DNA of 63,952 bases, filler included, from Perkinsus olseni (GCA_013115125.1; 5 parts of 5 records of this genome joined end to end with filler, not necessarily neighbours in it), one strand, 5' to 3'. Positions 1-13,721 are shown, numbered from the whole stretch's first letter. Numbers and translations are program-made. The notes: generated from the sequence alone by a model not told the origin.

Positions 1-72
1 AAGAAGAAGAAGAAGAAGAAGAAGAAGAAGAAGAAGAAGAAGAAGAAGAAGAAGAAGAAGAAGAAGAAGAAG
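1..72. repeat. (AAG)n microsatellite at window start
   Basis: About 24 perfect AAG units. Confidence 0.95.
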
Positions 73-833
73 AGAAGAGGTTTATGCTGACGTTCCACGA
101 AGACATGGCGGGCCGTTCGAATCCCATAGCTAGAACCTCCTTCTGTCTTGCTGGGAAATCTGTCTTCTTCTGGTACTTCGCCATCGAGTAAGTTTCAGCG
201 GGAGCATGGAATGCGTGTGATCGTGGCCACTCGTTCGGCCCTAGTGGATCCTCGTGGCCCGTGCTGGACACCACTTGGATTGTCGTCGCTCTGTTATGAG
301 TTTTGATCATCGATCCGCCATCACATTGCCTGCTCTGTTCAGTTATGATTCCAACCCACCATATCTTAGCATCGAGTCTAGTTATTCTGGTGGAAATACC
401 ACAATCGAGATTCGCGAGAATGTGAAAAAAGCTCTCTCTCACTTCGCCAGCGTCATTCCCCTTTCTCACTTGAAGGCGGATTTCTACATGGAACTGAAAA
501 GAAACCTGCCAATATTGAGGATAGCCGTGATAGATGCGCCAAGGCCTACGCTCCCTTGGCTAAGTACCCTCCACAGGGTTATGAAAGGGGAATTCCATGG
601 TTTAAGGATTTCCATATTAAAGCAACCAGGTCGATTGCTTACCGTATTGATTCTTGGAAAATGAATTAGACGAAGAGGTTATAGCAGACGTATGTGTGGA
701 TTCAATCTTGGTGTGTTCATGACACGCCTGTGTGATGTTATCAGAGGACACTTGAGTTGCCAGTGGCACTAGATGAGTGGGTGTGCAGCGATGGCTTCTG
801 GGGTATTTTGAGGTTAACTTAGTAGCTGTCTTC

Positions 834-3800
834 ATGGCAGAGATTGCAGCTGCTGGTGCTGCCCTGGCCAGCGGGGCAGGATCGATATTCTCCTACAACA
901 AGGATGCGTTTGTTTTCGACCAGACGCTGCGGCAGAACAAGATCCATCAAATCCAAAATATGCGGCTACAGCAGGTAGGAACCTCCCCTCCCGCTTGTCC
1001 ATGACACGACATCGTCTGAACATCTCATTCCATTCAGTTTTCCGTGTAGGTTGGCCTGTACCGAGAGGACCTACGTGACCTTTTCGGTCTAACTATCACT
1101 AAGATGGATAACTACCTTGTGGTCAACACCCTCATGTTGGGCTTTTGTATAGCGCTATTCTACGACGGAGTGTTGCCGCCTGAGAATCCACCCTGGCTCT
1201 GGTGGATGTGGTACTAACGGCAACTCTGGGTGCATACTTCTTTGACCAGTCGGCGCTCATTGCTCGCAGGTGTCTGAATCTTTCGGGATCGACTATGTTC
1301 CTTCTGGTGTCCGTATGGCTCTCCTTGCATGCGTCTATTACTGCACAGGCCTTTGTTGTTCGCCTCCTCACACAGTGGCTGAGGTAGTGTCTGCCTACTC
1401 CGCGTCGAATCGGGTGTGAGTGATCTCCGCCCAGGTTACCAGTGCCGCGGACGGAAGAGATAGCTGCGGCCTCGGCAACGTTAAAGGTGAGTCATCGGTG
1501 ACCCCATTCCGTGCGTGGATTGGTTCTCTTGGCAGGAATATGAGGCGTCAGGAGTGGGCAGCTCAATTCTACGGATACCAGGATTGCATCGACTAGCGCC
1601 GAAGAGGTCTGAGGTGGACGCTACCATTGAGCGCAAGCAGAAAGAGATTCTGGATAAAATAGAGAGCGATGATGCTAGGGCGGAGGCGGACAGGATGTAG
1701 TGAGAGGAGATAGGGAATATACACCTCGGCGCGGTTGAGCTGGGCGTCACATGTTTGGGGCCATCAAATACTGACCGGATTTCGACTTGGAATCCTTATG
1801 CCGAAAGCAGCGCTCTTTGATTTGTGTACGCACCCGAGATCAGTAGCGAAGAGCCACTGTGTTTACTCGTCTACAATGTTTACCTCGGTAAATAGTGTTC
1901 TCACAAGGGGCACTCATCGGTGTGCAACTGATGCTGTTGGCTACTCTGTGTGTCGCTCCAGGTACCAGATCCACTTCAAGCTATTCCAGCATCTCCAAAC
2001 ATCATGGCAAGGCTATGATGCCTATGCTAGAGTTTGTATGGCGATGGGGACCAATCAGCTGCTCATGACTTTGGCGATCTTCGCTTTGGGGTAATGTGGG
2101 TACCTCTCCGTTGCTCGATGCATCACAAAGGGCCATCAACGCATTTTGTCGTCGTCTTGTATCAGGTCTACCATGATAGGAGATCGTCAGCCATGGGCGG
2201 CATGGGCCTTTGTTGTTGTCATGGCTACCACCGCTCTACTTCACTTCAAAATCAACATTATACTCACTCAGAGAGAGTCTATAGTTATGGCACTACTCAT
2301 CTACTGCGCACCTCTATCGGCTGGTGTAGCTGCTACGTTCGATTATGCGGGTCAGGATAGAATAGGTATGTTAGATCAGTGTCAGTCGAAGAAGATCCAA
2401 AGCTGTCGGTTTTGGTAGGAAGAGCCATAGCACTAGTGTCGTTCATATTGAATGCCCTCTGGGTCTCATTCGTACTTGTTCAAGCGATCGAGTCCAAAGG
2501 AGGTTTACCAGCCAAGTTCAGCACAGTGGGGATATCGTCAGGTAGTATCCGACCGACGCGGGTTCAATTCCGGCACGTGGAATGTTTCTAAAGTCAAATG
2601 TGTGCCGCTTAGCACTCGTGAAACATACTGGTATTTTCTCTCACGAGGCATTGTCGCAGTAAAGGAGATTTCCCATTCGCTGTGTACTCTCATCCTCACA
2701 GTAATCCTTGCGACGCCGTTCTCCTTTTTCTCAGAGGTCATCGGGGAGAATCAAGTGCACAACTTCATCCAGCATGAGCTCGCCGGGCTAGGCATCGATG
2801 TGAGGTGTTTGGAGTGTCTATCGAGAGACTTTTACGCCCTTCAGACTAAAAACGCCAGTGAGTTTCTGTGGGGTGACACGGATCGCGACACAACCGAAGA
2901 CAGCCCGCGGATGACGCAATTGGAGAAAGAATGCACAGCGGCTCAGAAGAAGCTTCACAAGCTCTTCCGGCGATATAGGCGGCATCAAGGGGAGCTCTCT
3001 AGGCTGCAGCAGGGAGAGATTGTTGGACTGAGAGACGAGTTCGAGAAAATTAGGTAGGAAGATAGCGGTCGAATTTCCGCTACGTCTTCTTAGCAGGAGG
3101 ATCAGCTAGAGCTCAATCGACTATTGTCAGGAATGGCCTGCATCTTTCTCTGGTCGAACTTGGCCGAGCTGGAGATGCTCAGTCGTCTGAGCTTTCCCAG
3201 AGGAAGTGGATAAAGCTCACCTACCTCGACGACAGCACGGGTAAGAGGTATATTTCATATTGGTGTTTCCGGCGAGCGAGTCGCTGTATACATGTTGACT
3301 CGTATGTTATGGCCGTGGCATTGTAAGAGCGTTTGCTCACGTCCGACCTTTCATCTCGGTGCGCTATAGATGTAGCGTGAACCTCTCCCCGTTCGATCAT
3401 CATGGATATTTTCGGGGCGTTCTATAAACCGTCCGCAAGTAGCTATTGACGTCGGAATGTGAATGGGCGGTCGTGCAATGTTGGCGAGGTATTTGCAAGT
3501 CGTTGAGAAGGGTGGAGTACAGAGAAGAAAGCCTATCCTCATTAGTCTTTGATTTTGGAGGCAGTGCTGCACTGCGCGTGGAGGAAATAGGAGCTGATGG
3601 AATTGCAGTCCCTTGGCTAGTTACTCTGTTTCGCGTTAGTTGTCTTCTCAGAGGCAAGATGATCTACACGATGGTTTTGATCTTCAGGCCACAGTGTCGA
3701 CTACTACCTAAACACTGAGACCGGGGACATACGCTGGCAGCCACCATTGCTAGATATAACGAAGACTCTAGTAGGAAAGCGCCGTGGGGTTCATAGCTGT

Positions 3801-5494
3801 CTACAGTATGTACTCTTGTGGTAGAGCCGAGCATTTTCGAGTAACGATTCTCTCGGGGACGCCCCTCCTCCCACACCTGGCGAGATCGCCACAGAGCTCA
3901 ATGAGTTTCACGAAGCGGTGCGGAAGTTCCAGGATGCTACTGGAACCGTGGACATCACGACGAAGGGCCCTCAAAGCAAGGAGAGCAGCGGATTGTAATG
4001 TATGATTCATCCATCCATCAATGTCACCGAGTTCTGCTGAGTGGGCCATCGTGTCGTCAAAGCGTTGCTCTGGAGTGGAGCTCCGTATATTTATTATGAA
4101 CTTATAATTATGATGATATGATGGCTATAAGTATAGTACAGAGATTAATAGTATAATTATGGGTATATAGATCTATGGAATAAACCTAATATATCATCAT
4201 ATTATGTCTTACTAATATCTATCATATCATATAGCCTATAATTATTATGACCATAACCATAAGTCGTCGAATGTTAGGTATGAACATGGGCACTCGGACA
4301 GAATATCGGCACAGTTGCTACAGACGGGTGAGGAGGCGAAACCATCACCGCTTCCTGAGGTCGACGAGCTGCCGAAAAACGTTGCGTAACGCTGGGGCCT
4401 TGCCTCGTCTGCCTTCCGTCGGCTCCGTCATTTTCGCCGTCGTTCCGCTATGGGTTTTTGTTGCTGTGTTTTTCGCGAGTTTTCCGGTTCAGTATGGCCG
4501 GGTATGTGAATTCTCCTTTGAGTTCTACCTACAGGTTTGCCTCAACTAGTGGGGACTTGTCCGAGGATGATGTGAAGAACGTGAAGCAGTACAAGACAGA
4601 CGGAGATGGTTCGAATAGTCAATTCATCAAATACTCGTCGAGGCCTTGGTCGATTTATAAGCAGGCTTCCAGCATTGTTGTTATAACCTGGACTGTGGGG
4701 TAAGTTAGTCTGGCCCAGCATGGCCGGAGTCCGCGAAGGTATCGCCATGCCTTGTCAGGCTCATCTGGGGTATATTGGATGTCTTAGAAGTGCCAACGGG
4801 CACTGGTCTGACCCTTTCCAGTACTCCGACGGCCAGTCAACGGCGTCTCGAATCTGGCGCCGAAATCTTCGCTCCGCTCGCGCCGTTCTTTACTCCGGTG
4901 GGACTGACCACTAAGGATGGGAGAGGCGAGACGCTTATTGCTACTGATGGTATCAGTATGTGGCCTGAGATCCCGGACAGTGAGTGTTTATCCCCCTTGA
5001 GTGGAGGTCAGGACGCTACGGACTTGACCTGGCTTGGAGACTCACTGCTCATCGCCTTCGGCAGTAATGATCTGCTCAACTGTACCTCGGGAGATCGGGT
5101 CGAATTTCCGATGGAAATAGTGAAACTTGAGTCGATCGGCTCCCGGCTGGTGGTGGCTACTACGGGCAATAGAATCTACATGTTGGACTCAAGCACAGAT
5201 GGGAGGTGGAGGAAACGAGCTCGAGTGGGTGAGTATGAGAAAAATTCTCTGTCTGTCACGGGTATCGCCCGACTGCGAGATTCGACAATCGTAGTGATGC
5301 TTGCGAACGGCACACTTCATCATTGGGATATCGAGAGAGGGTCCTTGATTGTGAGTGAGCTACCCCGTACTGAAGGCGTGCAGCGTTACACGGGACTCGC
5401 GGCGCTGGACGGGCAGATGGTGGTGGTGGCAGCTGTGATGGACGACCATACGGCTCAGCTTTTCGTCGTATCTGGGCCCGCCTCCAGCAAATGA
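834..5494 (+). CDS. Multi-exon polytopic membrane protein, uncharacterised; possible C-terminal beta-rich domain
   Basis: ATG at 834. Exon 834-974 splices (GT975..AG1049) in frame to VGLYREDLRDLFGLTITKMDNYLVVNTLMLGFCIALFYDG. Later exons carry several hydrophobic helices (e.g. WAAWAFVVVMATTALLHF). The last ORF 4775-5494 is assumed to belong to the same gene; internal exons not all resolved. Confidence 0.65.
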
Positions 5495-7664
5495 GATAAT
5501 TTTGTACTTGTGATGGCTGCTCATGCGCGCCGTCATGATGATCCATTGCGTATATTAAAGCCATTGTGATTAACTTACTGCATACTTCGCATGTTTGCTG
5601 ATATTTTTTTTTCAAACACTTCATAAGCCAGTTTAATCGTATACCGTCGCTGGTGTTGTTACATATCGATGTGGTTTAGTGACACTGCTGGGCCTCACCG
5701 AGAATTCAGGATGAGGATAGCTCTCACTTTCGTCTGACGAAAGGTAGTCGTCGCTGGCGCAGGAATTTTTTAGCTGAGCGATTTGGTGGCTAGAATACTA
5801 TTGGCGAGCTCCTCTTGCTGGTATATCGTGAAACGTATATGCATATGAAACGGTCAGAGGTCAACCTCTCTTAATTCATCCCAAGGATGTTGTGGACTGA
5901 TTTTCGCTACACCGTTGCTTTGTACAGCCAGCACAGTGCAACGATTATAGCTGATCGACTTGTTACGATGGGCGGCAGCCTACAAAACTACCCGGGCACT
6001 AACGCAGCTATTCGATACTGTCTCGTAACGACAGAAGATGATTTGGGAGGCGATTGATGCATCGGAGCACGTCTTCTTCTAATCGGTTTCCTTGACTGTG
6101 TATAGTGGCTATACTATAGTTGCACAACAATGCAGCAGGGCCGAAGTCGGAGGAGAACCTCTGCTGATTTCGGTTCTGCTGCAGTACCTACAGGTAAGTT
6201 GCAAAGGACTAGGCTCTCCCGGATGAGCGGCGAAGCTCACGTGATTGCCCGGCGATTGCCAAGGCCTACCCGGGAGCCTATTTCGCGAGGATTCCTAACC
6301 AGCTAGGATGGGGATGCTATTTCACATTAAGGGTTTTTGGAACCACTACAACCTATCCTCCGGCACTGCAATGCCAGACGGACATTGGCAGCTCGTTGCT
6401 GGAGAGTGATGTTCCGAAAACCGCAGGGTGGTCATAACATCTGATGCAAATGTAAAGCAAATGTAAATCTAAATGTAGAGGCGCGGGTGGTGACGAAAAA
6501 ACGACCGTAAGACACGACATGACGACCAGTGAACTGCGATGACTGTGAGTCGAGAGCACCGAAGAGAAGCGTGCTGGGCACGAAAGGGTTCCTCAGTTGA
6601 GATAGAAGCTTTAACGGGAACCTGACTGGAGATTGAAATGAGCTTACTTAAAATGAGGTCCTACTTGAAATGAGGCCTGGAAATGAGTTAGGCCTTGAAA
6701 TGGAGCTTGGGTACTTAGCGTCACTTGGTGATGGGAATGTGGGATGAGAGTCGTCTCACGAGACTCCGTGAGGCGCCGCCGTAACGGCTCGACCACCAGC
6801 TGTTGCGTGCCTGTACTACAGGCCCTGTATTGACTCCCAAATTGGGGGTCCCAACCGCGGAAAGCCTCTTAACGTATGCGTGCAACTATGCAGAGAGCAT
6901 AGCTAATGGCGAGACAGCGCAACTACAATCAATGGTGTAAGGATAGCCATTCTCAACCTCTCAGACCTAATAGTAAGTAAGCTAGCTAGGCTCACACTGG
7001 TGCACTCAGAGTGACTTAGCCTAAAGAGACACAAGGCCTAACTACAGCCTATAACACAGCCTCGTCGGGGACTGTCCCAGAGCAGAGAACGATGAGGGAG
7101 CTTCGACTGATGGTACTTGATGATATTAATTGGACTGTAGGTCTGATGGTTAAGGCGAGGTCTTCTGTCGCGACCTTTCCTGGATTTATGCCATTTGCAC
7201 TTTCTTTTACCCATCGTTCCCATCTTGCTACCCGAGGGTCTGCTCTTGTGTTTACTACTAGAGGAGCTCCCTTGAGCAGCATGGTGGCGACGGGGACAGT
7301 CATGGTGAGTCACCATTGGTGACCGTCACCAGGTGACGGAGTCACCGACGCCTGTAACACTCATGATGGCGCCAAGTCTGGTACTCGAGACGTGCATTCT
7401 TCCCGCCTCCACTGCTCTTCTACGTCTCGTGAAGAACGTCTCAATCACCCTTGAGATCTGCTCTCTGAATCGTGCCCTCCGGAATCCAACTCGGCTGCTG
7501 AATCGAAGAATGCTCGAGAGGGGACACATAAGACTGTCACTACCAAGGGACATTTTTATTCGGCTCCACGCCCACATGGCCAGTGTAGGAAATGAAGTGA
7601 ATCAACGAAACTGTGGAGAGGATATCGTTTATCAGACTTGTTACTATGACTTATTCCGTCCTAG

Positions 7665-8363
7665 TGCTGTCAGCTGGTCTACAGTTACATCAATCCCAGC
7701 ACCGAAGCCACCGGCGCAACTCAGTTCATTGCCGGGAGTTATCCTCTTAGGCCTGGGCCCGGTTCCAAATTCTTCATCGACTACAATGCGCGGACCGTAT
7801 TCCCTCGTCTGATTCGTGGCGGCAGCTTGTGCGATCAGATCAAAAAGGACTGTCCGGATTCTCAAGTTGCTGATGGGGACCTCACCACCATTACCTTTGC
7901 TACCAGAGACACCGTGATCATGATGCTCGGCAAGGAGATGGTGACCCTCAGTAGAACTGATGGGGATGCCGTCAATATTTACCGCCAGTCTGACCCCAAT
8001 GGATCGTATGAAATAGAGTACTTGGTGACCACTAATTCATTCCCGGCAGCCGACTCTTATTATGGATCCTTCAAGAAGCTCGAGATTACAGTGACATGCA
8101 TCCGCGCCTTGTCCCCCGTTCTGCTTACCGCAACTGTGAGTGAGTTTTTCACCTCCTTTGAATTCACGCAAGTTAAAGGCCACGCGGAGTTTCAGATCTC
8201 CGGTCTACCGGATCTCAATGCTCTCGTTGGCTTCAAGAATGAGGTTAAGAGCGTTTGTGCTGTCTCCGTTGATCCGGACGACTGGCACAGCTTCATCTTC
8301 GCTAGCCCTAGCACGATGTTAACTCAGTTCCAGGGGCGGAGTGTTGCCGGCCAGCTGGCTTAA
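7665..8363 (+). CDS. Hypothetical protein (3' exon or fragment) with two internal repeats of a Cys-containing beta-rich module
   Basis: Frame is open from ~7665 to TAA 8363. CPDSQVADGDLTTITFATRDTVI resembles CAVSVDPDDWHSFIFASPSTML. 5' end not found. Confidence 0.45.
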   Translation, partial: CCQLVYSYINPSTEATGATQFIAGSYPLRPGPGSKFFIDYNARTVFPRLIRGGSLCDQIKKDCPDSQVADGDLTTITFATRDTVIMMLGKEMVTLSRTDGDAVNIYRQSDPNGSYEIEYLVTTNSFPAADSYYGSFKKLEITVTCIRALSPVLLTATVSEFFTSFEFTQVKGHAEFQISGLPDLNALVGFKNEVKSVCAVSVDPDDWHSFIFASPSTMLTQFQGRSVAGQLA

Positions 8364-10276
8364 TCGCGCTCATTCTTATTCTTCAAGTGCTAACTTTCAC
8401 TTAGTAACTGTCAGTTACTACCTGATGCACCGTCATCAGGCGTGTGCCTTTCTCGCACATCCTCAACCTGTTTGCCCCCTTCTATAGTCAGGGGCTGTGA
8501 TACAGGGTACCATAGCAGCCTGCGTCCCAGGCCCTGCCTGCGATCGGCAGGCATTTTCTGTACGTGCGCGCAGAAATTGTGACGCGCTGTTTTTGTTTTT
8601 CGTTCGTTCATCCGTACATTTATAGAGGTAGCCGAATCCGTGAAGGAAAGTACCTGATGTTAGGGAATTCGTACTGCGGAAGACGGCGCATCAGGGCTTT
8701 CAGAAGAGCCTTTCTACCCTTCAGGTCCTGAAGTTCAGGACTACCGCGGCATCGAGTTTTGTAGTCGTTTAAGCATTCTTCGTACCCAACCCAAGACGAG
8801 TGCTGTAGGAAGTGGTCTGTTATTGGTCGTACCCAATTTCTCTCGACTATCCGCGGCTGAGCTTATCCTCCATCAGACTCTGATGATCAGAGGCGGGATG
8901 CTTAAAACGAGCTCGTTACTTCTGCTGCTCAATGAGGTCTTTTTGTTACGTCAAGGATACTGGGAAGTGATCAGAGTTTTAGTTGACAAAGAAATGGACG
9001 CGTGGACTACACAGGCTCCTCAGGTGCTCCTTACACTGGTTACAGGTTTTGTGATGAGAGATTGCATCGCTTTGCTGGTAGCCATGCTAAAGTTACGAAA
9101 TAGGAAATCATTGATGATGATGGTGTTGTGGGAGCTCGTGTACTGTAGGAAGCACGATGGCCTAATCGTCACCCAACTTGGGATTACCAAGTTGAGCAAT
9201 GGATTCTGATAGTGAGAACCGAGAGAGTGTGAGTAGCCAGGTCTTCAATTATGCATCAAGAGAGCCTTCTGTATTGGAATAGTACAGCATCATTGATACT
9301 ATCATGGCTCATGCGTTAGCTCGCTCGGCTTCATGCGTATTATCGGCGATTTCGATGCTAGCCTGTATACTTGAGCTCTGGAGGATCTTTTGTCAGAAAG
9401 TAGCCCAGGAGTCACTAAGGCTTACGTGCGTGAGCCCACGCGTCACGCAGTGACGCGGGTAGCGCCTGTTCATGTCGCTAGTCCCCTGTGGATCTCGCCA
9501 TGTCGAGCATCGCGGATGCTCGGCGTGGTGGTTTTCGAGCCCAGCCCGACCCGCCCGTCAGCCGGGGGTCAGCCATCGAGGCTCTCCATCCCCTGGGATG
9601 GTCCCGCCCCTCTGTCTGTGGAGCTTGCTTGCTTGCGTCGCTTCCCACTGTCTGGTTCGCGAGCTAGCGAGATCGTAGACCGAGTCTTATAACCGGTTAA
9701 CGCACTCTCTTGGGCCACATTCTGCACCCATGATCCTGCGGTCTTTCTTGCACCGGTGTTTCAGTGTTGTAGTATGTTACATATCGTTGTAAGGGGCGGA
9801 GCTGGAAAGGGAGGGCGTACCATCAAGGGTTCAATACCGAACTTTAGCCGATGTTGATGAACAGTGTTGTTAGACTATCGTGTGGTTAGTTGCTGATACT
9901 TCTCTTAGATCTTGCTTCATCTCACAGCGCTCTTCTTATCGGGTGGGATACGTGCTAAGATCTACCGAAAAACTTTTTGATTTATAACTTTTCTCAGAAG
10001 ACCTCAAGGTCGATAAATTGTGCTAGCAGACGAGGTAAGTGGCTCAGCGGGGTTGCTTGGTTAAAGTGGGATCTTTATATCACTAGTCATCGAACCTTCC
10101 TGCGATCATCATCCTGCAGCGGAGTTCGGGAACAGCAGGCGGCAGTCCGCCTACACGATGTAGACCTGCCCTCTCTTCACAAGCCCTTAACGCGATGTGT
10201 GAATTAGGGTCGCTTGGAACTGACGTTGACAAGAGCATTCCTGGCTAGAGGTAGGGTTCCGTTTTCCAGCTACCGG

Positions 10277-13118
10277 ATGACTACTATCGATCGCGACCAT
10301 CCCATGTGCCCCAACGTAGCTGCCTGGGCCACAGCTGCAGCCTCACTGCCCCTCATGATCATCTGTGGATCGGTGTATACCTTCGGTTTGTACTCCGAGC
10401 AGCTCAAGTTAGCCTTGGACCTGACCCAGGTACTACTATTGGGAGGGGGGAAGCGCTCACAGCTGCTCGTTTATTGTATGTTCTGTTGTTATAACAAATC
10501 GTGATAGTGTAGGAATTGTAATCTGCATTGTGAAGTTCTCGACTAGCGTATCGGACTAGTCTGGTAGAGGTAACAGACGCGGTTTGCTCTTCGTGTGCAG
10601 TCCCAATTGACCTACCTATCATTGGCCTTCAATGCTGGTAATGGTCTATCGGTGTTCGGAGGTCTATTCTGTGATAAGTACGGCCCTCGTCCAACTATAC
10701 TCATCGGTAATATTTTGGGGACGCGGCGCTGATAGCAATTAAGTAGCGCATGGGAGTATCGTGAGGCATGCAGGAATTGATGTCGCTCTCGTTTCATCTG
10801 CACCTCGCCATGATTCCGGTCGCAGGAAACTTTGTACGAGGCTGCCCCTCTTGCCATTCCCAGGTTCCGTACTAATCGCTGGTGGCTATATCCTAGTTTG
10901 GCTTCCCAGCAGGCTGGGCATATGGACCCCATTGCCACCAGTAATGAGCATAGCCATTCTGTATTCAGCTATGATGGGAGCTTAGATACTATGTTTCCTA
11001 TGTGTTGGGCAAGGAGTTGGATGGATGGATACCGCTCTTGTGTCGTCCAATACGAAGAACTTCCCTTGGCACCGAGGGAAGGTTGTTGGTATTGTAAAGG
11101 CGTTCTATGGGCTGAGTAATGACGGAAGGGAAATCCAATCCCGAGATCACGGGGTGTCAGGTGCGTCCTTCCTGGTATGTGTAACGGCGACTTTCCTATC
11201 GAGTAATTCTCTGGACTTCCTCCTTGCCGTGGGAGTAGCGGCGCCCATCATAGCGGCCATTGGCAGCCAGTTTATATTTGTTGTACATGAGGACGTCAGC
11301 GTGGAGTAAGTCGTGCAAGAGTTCGTCAGCCACGTACTGATGACGGTTTTCCAGGTACTACGCCTATCATAGATGCTTTGTTATATCGTACGGTATGCTT
11401 GTGATCTTGGCTGTAGTGCTAACAGTCTACTCGCTAGCCCCCAGCCTCATGCCGGGCATTGTAGCGTGAGTACGGGGATAGGGTCGTGGAATAAGTGAAC
11501 ACTGGATTCATCCAGTGAAGGAGCGCAGCATTGTTGCCAGGTTTACTCTATCGTTGCTTGTGCTGGTCCCAACTGTGCTCTACCTCCCATCAGCAGTCAA
11601 AACAGATGTGAGTCGAGTGGAGCTTCGTCGGAGAGTTACGTTTTTGAGATTATCATCTCCGCATCCGAAAAAATAAGACTCGGAATGGAGGTCCCAATTC
11701 TTGACTCGACTCACTCTGTCAAGAAGCACTACATAAATGATGCGATTCATTATACGTAGCTAGGGCGAGCTGCGAGTCAAATCTTAGCAGCTCGGCCGCT
11801 TTCTGCTCGCCTCGTAGTGGATGAGACGGGAATGTGTGAGCCAAGGGCCCTATTGCTTGTTCCATCAGGTCCGGTCCTTGAGTGACCCGAGAGCTAAGAG
11901 CGATCCTTTGCTGAAACAGGAGCCCCTAGAGGAGATACTTACCAGTGATAGACGCTGTTTTAAGCATATTGAGAATGTAATACTACCATTGATTGGAAAG
12001 GACGTTCGGGATGTTGTGGTAGGGCCCGGCAAGCATGCTCACTGGAGTTTTCTGGCTCTATTTCGTTGCTCTCCTCACCGGCTTCGGCGGTGGACTCACT
12101 GTCATTAACAACTCGGCCCAGATAGGGCTCGCCGCAGGGCTTAGCAAAGGGGCCGTTGCCAGTATGGTTAGTATGATATCGATTGGCAATGCTGCTGGTA
12201 CTGTGGGGGGATGGCTAATTGCGTTGCCAAAAATATGGAATATCGTTTAAGCATTTTAATGCAGAGAATCCTGCCGTTTCTACTTCGTGTTAAACTGCTT
12301 GTGAGGTTGCTGCTTCTAGGCTTACTCCGAAGGGTTTTCGGTCGCAGTCGTTGGGGCTTCCTATCGCTGTGAAGGTTCTCTCGTCTCAGGTCGTGTGATC
12401 AGTGGTAGGCTGTCGGATGCAATAGCAGTCCGTCCGTGGGCCCTCCTTTTCGGTCTGGTCCTGATGATTGTTGGCTACCTGATGGCGCTGCTTGGGTTGG
12501 TCTTCGCCGGTTGCGCTGTGGTTGGGATGGCTTATGGTAGGTTAACGTAATGGCTAGGTTACAGTGATGAATCCTCGCGAGGAGCACTATTCTCGTGTGT
12601 GCGAGAACCTTGTCATATATTTGGCGCGGTGCTCATGTTCTTTCGAGATCAGCACTTCTGCTTTCAAGGTACGTTCTGGTCACTGATGGCTGCTATCTGC
12701 GCCGAGCTGTATGGCCGAAGCCATCTAGCTGCCACGTACACTCTCATCCAGATAGCACAGGTGAACAGATGCATGGCCACGCAGGACTCGTCTACCGCCC
12801 CTCCCTTTCAGGTTACGGGGTCGTTTCTGCTAGCTTCGCTGCTCTTTGGCCGTCTTTACGATGCGGAATCTTTTTTCGATGGAAGTAGGGCTAAGTGCTT
12901 ATGCTTCGACCCATCTCAGCGTGTCAGGCAAGAAGGTCTGTGTGTCCTCCGACTGCTACTCTACCAGCTTCATCGTCAACATCGGTTGTCTTCTGGTCGG
13001 CTGCCTTTCAACGCTATGGATGGTCAAACTCACCAGCGGTTTCTATAAGGTCCTCCACATGACGAAGCCAGTGTTGCCAACCAATCCTGCTTCAGCCAGG
13101 ATGCTGCCTTCCCCGTGA
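10277..13118 (+). CDS. MFS transporter, Nodulin-like (NFD4/Mch1-type), multi-exon
   Basis: Motifs GSVYTFGLYSEQLK, GLFCDKYGPR, NFPWHRGKVVGIVKAFYGLS, GGGLTVINNSAQI, SIGNAAG, ELYGRSH; many TM segments; TGA at 13118. Confidence 0.85.
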
Positions 13119-13441
13119 CCGTAACCCGCCAATCGTCGGGTGTTGTTGCTAGTCGTCTCAGCAGTGACTCAGGCCAGGAAGTCTTTCCGTGGTATATTCG
13201 TTAGCGCAGCGAAGCAGCGAGATTAAACTTTTTTTACTAAAAATGCCGTGAAAGGGGTGCGGTAGCCGAGTGGTAGTTGACGTATCTTTAGATTCTGTCG
13301 AGTGCGATGCACTCTAGTATAGTGAGAGATTATTGTTAGCATGTCGGAGCGCCCCTTGAACGTTTCGGTTTCTAATGGTCTTAGTGAGTTGAGGCCTTGT
13401 GTTCAGCCCCACGGCTAAATCCAGCCCGTAATACACCATTT

Positions 13442-13599
13442 CCAGACCTACTTAGTAAAACCCCAGAGCAATTTAATAAAGCCCAGACCTACTTAGTAAA
13501 ACCCCAGAGCAATTTAATAAAGCCCAGACCCAATTAGTAAAACCCCAGAGCAATTTAATAAAGCCCAGACCCAATTAGTAAAACCCCAGAGCAATTTAG
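13442..13599. repeat. 41-bp tandem minisatellite, ~3.9 copies
   Basis: Unit CCAGACCTACTTAGTAAAACCCCAGAGCAATTTAATAAAGC starting at 13442, 13483, 13524 and 13565; lies just before an assembly gap. Confidence 0.9.
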
Positions 13600-13621
13600 T
13601 CGGCTCGCGAGATCGGCATCC

Positions 13622-13721
13622 NNNNNNNNNNNNNNNNNNNNNNNNNNNNNNNNNNNNNNNNNNNNTTAATTAATTAANNNNNNNNNNNNNNNNNNNNNNN
13701 NNNNNNNNNNNNNNNNNNNNN
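13622..13721. other. Assembly gap with artificial TTAATTAATTAA linker (also 27288-27387, 40945-41044, 54463-54562; plain N gap 27505-27603)
   Basis: N-runs with a central linker that gives stops in all six frames. Confidence 0.95.

Noticed and set aside
8400-9700. Possible gene or retroelement
   Set aside because: No recognisable domain, LTR or consistent exon chain could be supported.
13442-13599. CRISPR or telomeric array
   Set aside because: It is a spacerless 41-bp minisatellite, not a short telomere unit, despite the AAAACCCC content.
13666-13677. TTAATTAATTAA as a biological motif
   Set aside because: It is embedded identically in four N-runs, so it is a scaffolding linker.
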